DNA of 64,000 bases from a bacterium (GTDB taxonomy: Bacteria; Patescibacteriota; Minisyncoccia; Phycocordibacterales; CALRBL01). Below the pieces are notes generated by a model. The model searched no databases and was not told the DNA's origin. It saw only the letters and a program-made list of their open reading frames with translations. The translations under genes were made by a program, and so were the position numbers. Positions 39,925-49,188 of this stretch are shown here, in pieces. The stretch covers positions 111,270 to 175,269 of the forward strand of contig JAIYEG010000010.1 of NCBI GenBank assembly GCA_027487075.1, written 5' to 3'. How positions within the stretch are numbered: the first letter of the stretch is position 1; the number at the start of each line of letters is the position of its first letter.

Positions 39925-40683
39925 CTATTGCTTGGGTGGAAGTGGAAAGAACACACTCGTCGTGCGTCGATACTCGTCATACATAGGATTTTCTCTCATA
40001 CTCTTTTCGAGCATTGGCACACCCGACACTTTGAGGATGAGGAAGGTGATTGTAAGTGGACCAATGACACCAATGATGCCGTAAGGAACAGAGAGCGCTA
40101 TAATCCATATTCCCCACCACATCGTCACTTCACCAAAATAGTTGGGATGACGCGTGTATCGCCACAACCCTGTCGAAAGCACCGTTCCTTTTTTTGAAGG
40201 GTCTGCGAGAAATTGTCTGAGTTGACGATCACCCACTGATTCAAAATAAAATCCTATGATCCACACTACAAGACCTATCACATCCCCGAGTGTGAGCATA
40301 AGCGGACCACGAAACATATTGATGAGAATAACCGGAGTAACAATAAGTAAGAGCAACAATCCCTGCAACATAAATATCTGAACATAACTACGAGACACAA
40401 ACCACTTTCCCCACGAGGCGCGCCATGCTGCATAGCGCTTATCTTCTGACTTGTGAATATTGCGCTTGAAAATATGCCACGCCAAACGTGATCCCCAGAT
40501 CGTGACAAGCGCGGTCACCAGAAGCCCTCGATCAACCTGCATGCCGTACACAACAAAGGTATACACCGCAACCACAATAAACCCGAGCCCCCATGCAATA
40601 TCAGCAACATCATTACGCTTAATCAAAAGCGCAATAAGAAACCACACCGACATGTACACATAGATTAGAAGCGCGCTATCCAT
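39925..40683 (-). CDS. DUF1295 / steroid 5-alpha-reductase-like membrane protein
   Basis: D.AWG, EDKRY, GLWRYTRHPNYFGE...WWG. Confidence 0.9.
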   Translation of the reverse strand: MDSALLIYVYMSVWFLIALLIKRNDVADIAWGLGFIVVAVYTFVVYGMQVDRGLLVTALVTIWGSRLAWHIFKRNIHKSEDKRYAAWRASWGKWFVSRSYVQIFMLQGLLLLLIVTPVILINMFRGPLMLTLGDVIGLVVWIIGFYFESVGDRQLRQFLADPSKKGTVLSTGLWRYTRHPNYFGEVTMWWGIWIIALSVPYGIIGVIGPLTITFLILKVSGVPMLEKSMRENPMYDEYRRTTSVFFPLPPKQ

Positions 40684-41048
40684 ACCACAATACATGAAAC
40701 CAGCGATGTAAGAATAGTGCCCCAGATAATATCAAGAATAGTAATGAGGACTGGCCACTCTTTCATAACTGCGTGGTTAGTAAGATCGTACGTTGCATAT
40801 GCCACTAAACCGAAGAACGCACCAGCGAGCGCAACGTGCATAAGACTTGCTCCTGATTTGATCGCTGGTCCTATCACAAAGTGCATCAACCCAGCTGCGT
40901 AGATAAGATAAAAAAGCGCGGCTGGTACAAAATTCGGCGTAGACGCCATCAAGTGACCAAGCTTTGCTTTGTACAAGCCTGCCGTCGAAAAAAGCCACAC
41001 CGCATCAATCACCAAGAAAACCCCAAGAGTTGTTATATATGTGATCAT
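40665..41048 (-). CDS. DUF2177 family membrane protein
   Basis: DAVWL, GL.AYATYDLTN.A, D..WG. Confidence 0.88.
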   Translation of the reverse strand: MITYITTLGVFLVIDAVWLFSTAGLYKAKLGHLMASTPNFVPAALFYLIYAAGLMHFVIGPAIKSGASLMHVALAGAFFGLVAYATYDLTNHAVMKEWPVLITILDIIWGTILTSLVSCIVVWIARF

Positions 41049-41057
41049 ACGTATATC

Positions 41058-41636
41058 TTACCCTCTTTTTCGAATGAATGCAGTCATGAGAGAATTGGTG
41101 ATAATCATCCAGATGGAGTGAAAAGTCGTTGCCACATTGTAGGCATTGAGTGAGAAGAGAGTGAGAATATGACGAAGCACATTCATTTCATAGAGAAGCG
41201 GTTGCTCGGTATGAGGATGTTCCCATGCTTTGCGGAGCGTCGGAATAAAAGCCACCACATCGATGAGCACCACCACGACCACCGAGATGGTCGGATCTCT
41301 TGTTAGTGCCCAGGGAATAAGACCAAGGAGTGCGATAATGAGGAAGATGTGGTCGACTTTTCGAATATGTCCCGCGCGACGCTTGAAGAGATACTTGAGT
41401 GAAAAAATGAAGATGATAATGGTAAAGCCTTCAGCGATACCTGTCGGCAAGGCACCGATCCCTGCCCCTTTTGCAATACCTCCAAAAAAAGTCGTCATCG
41501 ATACAATAGACCAAATAAACCACGTGTATGGATGCGGGATGACTGTTCCTTTAATCACATCACGAAGATACGAGACATTGCCGACAATTGCGAGGAGTGA
41601 GGCGATGATAGCGAAGATAAGTTTGGAGTCAAACAT
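41058..41636 (-). CDS. Hypothetical multi-pass membrane protein
   Basis: Y.....G...PH..TW.IW and PT.RKAW..P..E patterns; several TM helices. Confidence 0.75.
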   Translation of the reverse strand: MFDSKLIFAIIASLLAIVGNVSYLRDVIKGTVIPHPYTWFIWSIVSMTTFFGGIAKGAGIGALPTGIAEGFTIIIFIFSLKYLFKRRAGHIRKVDHIFLIIALLGLIPWALTRDPTISVVVVVLIDVVAFIPTLRKAWEHPHTEQPLLYEMNVLRHILTLFSLNAYNVATTFHSIWMIITNSLMTAFIRKRG

Positions 41637-41653
41637 ACACTTCTACACATGAG

Positions 41654-44600
41654 CTACCACCAAAGTCCTGTAAGACCTGATGCTTTCATCTGCGCGCGAG
41701 TCTTTGGACCGAAGGCGCCTGTTGCTGGAATGATACTATTTTTCTTTTGATATGCTGACAGAGCTGCTGCTGTTTGGGGACCGAAGGTGCCTGTTGCACC
41801 GTTTGGAATAGCAAACCCTTGTGCAATAAGAAGTGCTTGAAGTGCCTTAACATCATCACCTGTCATACCACTGCGAAGATCACGTGTTACTTGTGGAGCA
41901 GTTGATGTTGCGGGAGTTATAGGTGTTGTATTCGCATTCATAATGAACGCTCGTGTCTTAGGGCCGAAATACCCTGAAGCAGGTACGATACCATTTGCTG
42001 CTTGGAACCGCATAAGCGCTTGTCGCGTAAGCTGACCGAAGATTGTTGTCTCATTTCCAACTGAACCTGGTCCTGACGGAGCAATGACGAAGCCTTGTGC
42101 ATTAAGGAATTTTTGTAGCTCTCGCACATCATCACCTGACACACCTAGATCAATATTGCGCGTAAATACTACCGGAGATTGAGATGGTGTAGTTGTGACA
42201 TCTGTACGAGCAGTCACAGCACGTCGACTTCCTGATGTTCTACTCTTTCGAACTTGAGGAGCAGATTCACCACTTACAAAGTCTGGATATCTCCCCACGT
42301 GCATATACCATACAGGAACATTCGCAAAATCCCACTTACCTTGGAACGGACTCTTTGTATCAAGACCGAAGCCTTGGAAGTACTCTGCGTTTGCAACTTT
42401 TGTGGGTTGCACAGCATTAGAATTACCATTGCCTACCTCAAAATTATTAAACCAGAAGTTGTTGGTGATCGTATCACCCGTCTCACCATACCCCACAATA
42501 CCTCCTGTATCATATTCAGGATTAGCAACGATGTCTGAGGTAGAGAATGAATCAGAGATACCCGCATTATCATTGCTTTCACTATATCCTGCAATACCAC
42601 CTGTATTGTAGCCATCATTTATAACTGCGCCCGTGGAATATGCGCGCTCAATAGAGCCCGTATTGTATCCTACAATACCTCCCACATGACTAATTCCTGT
42701 TATGGTACTTGAAGCGTATACATCATGGATCAAACCTGTAGCTCCAAAATTAAATCCTGCAATACCTCCCGCATAATTACGACCTGTTACACTTCCGGTA
42801 AAATATGATGTACGTATCTCTTTACGGTTTTCTCCTACTAGACCTCCCGATGCACCACTCATCGCTTCAACATGTGCCGACGAGTGTGAACCGATAATAG
42901 TACTTCCACCAGACCGAAATGCATCAGCAAATGGTCCTGCGTACGTTCGTGTGTTCCATGTAGTTTGATACTCAATATTCTCAGGAGTAGCAGGATACGG
43001 AGCCATATCACGAGCGTATGTTGTCATACCTCGATATGGCAAGTAGGCAGCAGACTGTCCAAGCTCACCTATATCGCTATACGTTGCATGTTTGTAGAAG
43101 ACATTGTTGAGCAAGATAAAGCTTCGTTCGGTACCTTCGGTAGCAGGAGGAACATACGGGAATTCAATCGACATCTGATCACCGTAGCGCATTACCACGA
43201 AATGGTCATCGGCAGCATTGAGCAATTCTGTAACATTGCCATACTTGGTGAAGTTTCCATATTGATTCACAAATGGAAGTTCTGGAAGCGGTCTCACCTC
43301 ATAATAATCATGGTCATAGAAATGAGTACGATCAATTTTGGTGAATCCATAGTAACCGAGATCAGCACGTTCTGGTGAATGGGTGGTAGCGGTAAATGGA
43401 ATTTGAGGAGATCGATCAACCGCAAAATAATTTGCATTAAACGTATCGAATGCTACTTTTACTTGATACGTATTTGAAAGGAACTTACCTGTAAGATCAA
43501 TAACGCGAAGACGAGGTGTTCCGTCAGAACCAAGCTGACTCTTATTATAAATTTCAACCCACTTTCCTTGTGCGTCTTTTACCTGAATCGAACGTGCTGA
43601 ATTGCCTGGGAATTCTGCAGATGCCGCATAGTCACGCGCACCTCGCATAACAAGTTGGATACTTGATGTTCCCGACAAGTCACCGAAGTCCAGAATAAAT
43701 GACTTACGTAAATTCTTTGGATCATATTGACCTTTCTTATTTGCATAACTCCATTGATCATCGTATGCAGATAATGCCGATGTACAATCGACACCCTTCT
43801 CATCTACGCACGAAATAAGTGGATGAGTCGGTGTATTACTTACACTTCTCAACTGATCAAGTGAAGATACTCTTCCAAGTTGTTCAACGATGGTATAGCC
43901 AGGCTGATGATCAAAGGTCAAAAGCTTAAGCTCATCAAAATACACAATTTCGTTATACTCCTCTCCAATCTTCATGAGATACTTTCCATCTTTTGGTGCC
44001 AGATCTGCGCGATCAATAGAAGCAAGGTCGAGACCATTCAATTCTTTCGGAAGAAGTGAACCAACGTCATTGGTATACACATACTTTGTGCCATTCCATG
44101 TATAGACAAGGGGGCTTGAGTTAGGAAAGCTATTATTTGCAACGTGCACTCCCACAAGTCCTCCTACTCGATATCCTCCTGTCACATTTCCGGTACTATA
44201 TACATTCGTAAGGGTTCCCGATAACCCTCCTGCTACTGCACCGACAGAAGACTCCTCTCCGTAGATACTCACATTCTCTAGACCAAGGTTTTTTACCTCA
44301 GCGCCTGCCGAAATCGTTCTAAAAAGACCTACATAATATCCATCGGGGTCGGACCAATTGATTCCCCGATTGATATACAGGTTGCTAATTTTCTTATTAT
44401 TTCCATCAAAGTGGCCTGTGAAGCTCATGTGGGTAAAGCCTTGATTTACATTATTTCCTACAAACTCAAGGTCTCCAATAGGATTGAATCCTTTATCGTC
44501 AGTCCACTGACTTCCTTCGTTTGCTGGGTTTTCAGGATCTGTCGCCGCACAATCTATGTCGGTCGTAAGAATATAGTATTTATCCAAGAATGATTCATCA

Positions 44601-45454
44601 GAATCGATTGCCTGCAACAACGAACAACTTGAAATCTGATAGGGACTCTCAGCGGTTCCCTCTCCAGAAAATGGCACACTCGCCACAGGCTCAGGAATTT
44701 CGGTGCCTTCTACCGCGACATTATCAACTGCACCATATCGCTCATCAGAAGTACCGAAATATGCACGCACCGCTTCAGCGTTAGTCATATCACTATTTGA
44801 AATATCAGTGATAGTGTGAGTTGTCTTCAGTGGTCCAAGGGTACCACTACTATCTGAAGGATAGATTTCAAAGGTCATATCATACAGGTTATCCGCTCTT
44901 CCGGTGATCTCTAGTCTCATAAACCACCACCCATCAGTCATATCGCCATCAGCCCATGAAAGGTCTTGAAGATTCTGTGCATTACTTACAAAGTTTCCTC
45001 CACCCCCATGAAAAACAATACCGAGACCTCTCACCGCCTTAGGAGTTCCATTCAAAATTCCCCCTGTTCGTCTTGTTGAGAGACCAAGCCCTCCGTATCC
45101 ACCTGAGCCTATATTATTAAAATAACCTTCAATGGTAATAGTTTCATCTATGGCTGGAGCGCTATAGGTAGTGCGTGTTGCCCACACATTTGAAACACCT
45201 GTCACATCGATTGCTGCCGACCCTGCAAGACCTGTACTTGTGGCATAAGTGTAATTAGGACTTACGATAGCTTCACGAAAATCATTACTAAGAAGTTCAG
45301 AGAGATCAGTTCCTTCAAAATCATACAGAGTGTTGGTTTGTGTTGCGTGAGCATGAGAAGTGCCGATGAGCATACTAGGAATCACAAGCATGAGTGCAAG
45401 GACGAGCGACTGTATGTATGTACTAAAAGAACGTGGTAATGACAATGAACGCAT
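41654..45454 (-). CDS. Large secreted protein with GLUG-type repeats, an inserted domain and two C-terminal peptidoglycan-binding domains
   Basis: Signal peptide; GEGT.ESPYQI; GG(L/I)(V/A)G repeats; two G..GDDV..LQ..L...G.FG..T repeats. Confidence 0.8.
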   Translation of the reverse strand: MRSLSLPRSFSTYIQSLVLALMLVIPSMLIGTSHAHATQTNTLYDFEGTDLSELLSNDFREAIVSPNYTYATSTGLAGSAAIDVTGVSNVWATRTTYSAPAIDETITIEGYFNNIGSGGYGGLGLSTRRTGGILNGTPKAVRGLGIVFHGGGGNFVSNAQNLQDLSWADGDMTDGWWFMRLEITGRADNLYDMTFEIYPSDSSGTLGPLKTTHTITDISNSDMTNAEAVRAYFGTSDERYGAVDNVAVEGTEIPEPVASVPFSGEGTAESPYQISSCSLLQAIDSDESFLDKYYILTTDIDCAATDPENPANEGSQWTDDKGFNPIGDLEFVGNNVNQGFTHMSFTGHFDGNNKKISNLYINRGINWSDPDGYYVGLFRTISAGAEVKNLGLENVSIYGEESSVGAVAGGLSGTLTNVYSTGNVTGGYRVGGLVGVHVANNSFPNSSPLVYTWNGTKYVYTNDVGSLLPKELNGLDLASIDRADLAPKDGKYLMKIGEEYNEIVYFDELKLLTFDHQPGYTIVEQLGRVSSLDQLRSVSNTPTHPLISCVDEKGVDCTSALSAYDDQWSYANKKGQYDPKNLRKSFILDFGDLSGTSSIQLVMRGARDYAASAEFPGNSARSIQVKDAQGKWVEIYNKSQLGSDGTPRLRVIDLTGKFLSNTYQVKVAFDTFNANYFAVDRSPQIPFTATTHSPERADLGYYGFTKIDRTHFYDHDYYEVRPLPELPFVNQYGNFTKYGNVTELLNAADDHFVVMRYGDQMSIEFPYVPPATEGTERSFILLNNVFYKHATYSDIGELGQSAAYLPYRGMTTYARDMAPYPATPENIEYQTTWNTRTYAGPFADAFRSGGSTIIGSHSSAHVEAMSGASGGLVGENRKEIRTSYFTGSVTGRNYAGGIAGFNFGATGLIHDVYASSTITGISHVGGIVGYNTGSIERAYSTGAVINDGYNTGGIAGYSESNDNAGISDSFSTSDIVANPEYDTGGIVGYGETGDTITNNFWFNNFEVGNGNSNAVQPTKVANAEYFQGFGLDTKSPFQGKWDFANVPVWYMHVGRYPDFVSGESAPQVRKSRTSGSRRAVTARTDVTTTPSQSPVVFTRNIDLGVSGDDVRELQKFLNAQGFVIAPSGPGSVGNETTIFGQLTRQALMRFQAANGIVPASGYFGPKTRAFIMNANTTPITPATSTAPQVTRDLRSGMTGDDVKALQALLIAQGFAIPNGATGTFGPQTAAALSAYQKKNSIIPATGAFGPKTRAQMKASGLTGLWW

Positions 45455-45535
45455 ATTTATAAAAATGTAATTTGATAAAACACATCGGCATGATGTTCAT
45501 ACATTATATACATAAATAGATGTGTGTGACAGAGT

Positions 45536-45586
45536 AAAAACCCCGACCATTTCTGGTCGGGGCGGAACAGCGCGAAGCTGTTCCTA
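45536..45586 (-). repeat. Stop codon + hairpin + terminator module, copy 1
   Basis: Minus strand TAGGAACAGC..GCTGTTCCG-CCCCGACCAGAAATGGTCGGGG-TTTTT; repeated at 48238-48298. Confidence 0.85.
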
Positions 45587-47221
45587 TTTTCTGTTCAGCG
45601 CGGAAAGGACCGCACGGATGGACGCCAATGGAATACTCGTATCAACGCCTGCTCCCCACCGGATCGCTCCGTCTTGAAACTGAAGCTTCACATACGAGAT
45701 TGCTTTCGCATCTGCACCACTACCAAGCGCATGCTCAGCTTGATCGAGGATACTCACACCAGTCTCACATCTGCTATTGAAACCACAAACGAATGCATCG
45801 ATTGGACCATTTCCATTCGATGATATTTCGTGACCTTTATACCGATGCGAGACCACTCCCTTGAAGCGACATTCACGTCCGCCTTCATCAAAATGAACTT
45901 CGCCGAGCTTCCACGGATCTGTCCGCGCGACATACTCGTTGAAGAACATAGCTTTCAGATCTGCTGCAGTCGCTTCTCTACCGAGACGATCTATCAAAGG
46001 ACCCGCAATGGCGCCGAATTCCCTCGCCATGTCTTTCGGCAAACGAATACCACAGCCATGTTCGAGCATGTGCGCGATGCCGCCTTTGCCTGACTGTCCG
46101 TTGATGCGGATCAAGCCGTCGCGCGTGCGACCGATGTCCAGCGGATCAATGATGAGATAGGGAACTTCCCATACCACACCTTCGTTCTGCAAGCCTTTGC
46201 GGATTGCATCCTGATGCGATCCGGAGAACGCCGTGAAGACAAGCTCTCCGCTGTATGGCTGGCGCGGTGGCACGGTCATTCCCGTGCATTCCTCATACAC
46301 ATCACGGATCGCATCAAGGTTTGAAAATTCCAAACCAGGATCGATTCCCTGCGTGTACATGTTCAGTGCCACGATGACGATATCGAGATTTCCGGTCCGC
46401 TCTCCGTTTCCAAAGAGCGTTCCTTCTGCCCGATCTGCTCCTGCAAGCAATGCAAGCTCTGTTGCCGCTACACCCGTCCCGCGATCATTGTGCGTATGCA
46501 CACTGATGATAGCCGAGTCGCGCCGCGTCATATGCGTCGCAAACCATTCGATCTGATCTGCATAGACGTTAGGCATGGCCACCTCTACCGTGCACGGAAG
46601 ATTGAGAATCATTCTATGCTCGGGCGTCGGCTGCCACACATCCATCACTGCTTCGCAGACTTCGAGCGCAAACTCCACTTCAGTCGCCGAAAAGCTTTCG
46701 GGCGAATATTGAAAGGTTACATTCGCACCTTGAAGTGCGGCGACGCTTTCTTTGACCCACTTAGTGCCCCGAACTGCCATCGCAATGATGTCCTGCTTTT
46801 CCAAACCGAAGACGATGCGACGCTGTGCTGGCGAGGTGGAGTTGTAGAGATGCATGATGACGTTCTTCGCGCCGACGAGCGACGCGATAGTCGTCTTGAT
46901 GAGTTCCTCACGTGCTTGGACGAGCACTTGGATCGTGACGTCTTCGGGAATGCGCCCTTCTTCGATCAGCTTCCTCACGAATGCGAATTCTGTCGGAGAT
47001 GCTGCCGGAAATCCGACTTCGATTTCTTTGAAACCGCATGCGACGAGTATGTCGAACATCTTCAATTTCTGTTCGACCGTCATGGGAACTGCCAAGGCTT
47101 GGTTGCCATCGCGAAGATCGACGCTGCACCACAAGGGCGCATGCGTGATGCTCTTGTTCGGCCATGTGCGATGCGGAAGATCGATACGCGGAAATGGCAG
47201 ATACTTATGTTGTGGATTCAT
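45584..47221 (-). CDS. leuA: 2-isopropylmalate synthase (yeast/actinobacterial type)
   Basis: WCSVDLRDGNQAL, YSPESF, HTHNDRG, AFSGSHQDAI.KG, RINGQSGKGG, GNGPIDA. Confidence 0.95.
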   Translation of the reverse strand: MNPQHKYLPFPRIDLPHRTWPNKSITHAPLWCSVDLRDGNQALAVPMTVEQKLKMFDILVACGFKEIEVGFPAASPTEFAFVRKLIEEGRIPEDVTIQVLVQAREELIKTTIASLVGAKNVIMHLYNSTSPAQRRIVFGLEKQDIIAMAVRGTKWVKESVAALQGANVTFQYSPESFSATEVEFALEVCEAVMDVWQPTPEHRMILNLPCTVEVAMPNVYADQIEWFATHMTRRDSAIISVHTHNDRGTGVAATELALLAGADRAEGTLFGNGERTGNLDIVIVALNMYTQGIDPGLEFSNLDAIRDVYEECTGMTVPPRQPYSGELVFTAFSGSHQDAIRKGLQNEGVVWEVPYLIIDPLDIGRTRDGLIRINGQSGKGGIAHMLEHGCGIRLPKDMAREFGAIAGPLIDRLGREATAADLKAMFFNEYVARTDPWKLGEVHFDEGGRECRFKGVVSHRYKGHEISSNGNGPIDAFVCGFNSRCETGVSILDQAEHALGSGADAKAISYVKLQFQDGAIRWGAGVDTSIPLASIRAVLSALNRK

Positions 47222-47289
47222 ACGAATATTCCTTTCTAAAGAACAACCGAAGTTTAGTTATGACTTTCTTTTGCGCACTCATGTAACGC

Positions 47290-47433
47290 AAAACCAGCTC
47301 CTTCGGTGAAGAGCTGGCTTGTATCTATCTATCGTTTTTTCTTCGACTACTCAATAGTATGGGCACAAGCAAAATCTCCACCGGTTGTTCGGAGGTTGAG
47401 CAGGGTTCGAAGATTGTGTGCTTGTGAAGGCAT
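47290..47433 (-). promoter_or_regulatory. leuL: Leucine transcription attenuator: 28-aa leader peptide (47347-47433), antiterminator, terminator (47290-47317)
   Basis: MPSQAHNLRTLLNLRTTGGDFACAHTIE has 4 Leu in 7 codons. CGGTGGAGA..GCTTGT can pair with ACAAGC..TCTTCACCG. Terminator CCAGCTCTTC-ACC-GAAGGAGCTGG-TTTT. Confidence 0.8.
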
Positions 47434-47439
47434 AGGAAA

Positions 47440-47468
47440 AGAGTAGCGGATTGAGGGTGGGGTGTCAA
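47440..47468 (-). promoter_or_regulatory. Sigma70 promoter of the leu leader
   Basis: TTGACA-17 nt-TACTCT, 6 nt before the leader ATG. Confidence 0.75.
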
Positions 47469-47563
47469 ATGAAAATTATATCTCAAACTAATTTATATAA
47501 AAGAACACCCTGCTCCAGACGAATCTGAAGCAGGGTGCGGGGCCAAGGATCTGTCCGATTGGC

Positions 47564-47992
47564 CTAAACTTTTTTGCGAACGGCCAGGAAACAGCAGAGG
47601 GAAGACCTATCGCAGCCACACCAGAGGAGGCCGAGATAGCGCATCAAGCCATCCCCGCTGAGATACGGGACGCGGAAAAAACCACGGATCTTGCTGACGG
47701 AGCCGAGCGCGAGGATCGGGAACTTATGCTGCTCGTCAGGGTGCTTTGCACCGAAGGCGAGCAGATGCTCCGTTTTCGCCACTTCCCAGCTAGCCTCCTC
47801 GATCAAACGCCCAGCATCCTTCAAAGAGACACGGGGTTCAAAGTGGAAAAGATGGGCTTCCAGCTCTTCCACGCCTTTCCCTTCGATCTGCAAACGCTTG
47901 ACCATGGGATCGTCGATACTCAAGTTGTTGAGATCAGCGGCGATCATCTGTTCGAGCGTCTTCGAGTAATCCACCGAGAGCGTAAAATTCAT
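47564..47992 (-). CDS. Hypothetical protein
   Basis: 142-aa ORF with own upstream promoter and downstream hairpin (about 47506-47537). Confidence 0.7.
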   Translation of the reverse strand: MNFTLSVDYSKTLEQMIAADLNNLSIDDPMVKRLQIEGKGVEELEAHLFHFEPRVSLKDAGRLIEEASWEVAKTEHLLAFGAKHPDEQHKFPILALGSVSKIRGFFRVPYLSGDGLMRYLGLLWCGCDRSSLCCFLAVRKKV

Positions 47993-48144
47993 AGTCGGTC
48001 TTTCAATTTGGAATTGTTCGTTAGAACTATGTCCGTTTATTTGATGCTAGAGGGCTACCTTATCGCCATAGCTAGGAAATGCCCATAATTGAGCAGTTTT
48101 TAGCTATGGCGATATTGCAAATAGGTGTAAAAGAACTGTGGTGT

Positions 48145-48174
48145 ATTATAGCATAATATATACCATATTGTCAA
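48145..48174 (-). promoter_or_regulatory. Sigma70 promoter
   Basis: TTGACA-18 nt-TATAAT with extended TG. Confidence 0.65.
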
Positions 48175-48237
48175 TATCGTATATATTATACAAATCATAC
48201 GGCATGGATTATTTATTGTTCGACAGAAGGAGACAAT

Positions 48238-48298
48238 AAAAAAACCCCGACCATTTCTGGTCGGGGCGAAACAGCAATGCTGTTCCCAGCTGTTCCTA
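48238..48298 (-). repeat. Stop codon + hairpin + terminator module, copy 2
   Basis: TAGGAACAGC...GCTGTTTCG-CCCCGACCAGAAATGGTCGGGG-TTTTTTT. Confidence 0.85.
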
Positions 48299-49129
48299 CT
48301 TAAACATCTGCACGAACTCGCCATGCGGCATATCGTAGTTGAAACCGGGTTTCTTCTCCTGCAAGCGACCGTGCCCTGCTTTGTCATACTTTGGAGTACG
48401 ACTCAACTGCACAAAGCATACCGCAGAATATCTTCCATGCCCTGCGGTTTCTGGAGTTGCCACCACCCGATGACACAGCGCACGAAGCGTGCCTTCTGAC
48501 CGAAGCTGTAATTGCATTGACGGAATGATGACCGTCTCACCTTCCGACACCGGCATGTCGATCCACTGACGATCGTCGTAGGTGAGACACTGCAACCCTG
48601 GTGCACTCTCGAACAAGTGAAGAGTGAAGCCACTTTGATCGGTGTGCGCGGTTGCAGTCTCTTCACCGATTTTGCGATCACCGAAGTAGTGAATGAATCG
48701 AACAAAGAACGCTACCTCACTCTCTTCCACCTCTTTGGCGAAACCTTTGATACCAAACTCAGATTCGACCTGAGCAGCAAACTGCACGATGGTCGGCTTC
48801 ATGAGTCCGACGAGCGTACTTGCTTGTTGCACGAACCGACGAGCAACATCAGAGCTCACCGAGCCAAGATGCTGTTCGACCCACTGTTCCCCTGCGAGCG
48901 TGATGTCAAAGTTTTCTTTTCGGTCAGCACTGGGTCCTTCACCAAGTTTGAGTTCGTATCCAACACCATCAGCACCATTGCTGTATGGCAAGCCTCGCTT
49001 CACCTCTTCAGGCAGAGCGCAGAATTTGTGCCACAGACTGATTGTATCCACGACTGCTTGTCGCAAATCGGGAGGATATGAAATTGAAACAAAACCATGA
49101 GTTCCTAGTTGTGTGATTGATGTGTTCAT
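48296..49129 (-). CDS. 2OG-Fe(II) oxygenase (IPNS-like)
   Basis: GFV.I, D.KENF, HTD...H...RYS facial-triad and 2OG-binding motifs. Confidence 0.88.
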   Translation of the reverse strand: MNTSITQLGTHGFVSISYPPDLRQAVVDTISLWHKFCALPEEVKRGLPYSNGADGVGYELKLGEGPSADRKENFDITLAGEQWVEQHLGSVSSDVARRFVQQASTLVGLMKPTIVQFAAQVESEFGIKGFAKEVEESEVAFFVRFIHYFGDRKIGEETATAHTDQSGFTLHLFESAPGLQCLTYDDRQWIDMPVSEGETVIIPSMQLQLRSEGTLRALCHRVVATPETAGHGRYSAVCFVQLSRTPKYDKAGHGRLQEKKPGFNYDMPHGEFVQMFK

Positions 49130-49188
49130 AATCTATGAACAGTCTATAGATAGACCCACAAAAAGATAGCGAGGACTCCCTCGGTAGA

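Noticed and set aside
39859-40197. 112-aa plus-strand ORF
   Set aside because: Antisense to the DUF1295 gene and to the better-supported 37-aa basic ORF.
46490-47309. Long plus-strand ORFs (249 aa, 151 aa) opposite leuA, and similar shadow ORFs elsewhere
   Set aside because: Antisense shadows of well-supported genes, with no recognisable motifs.
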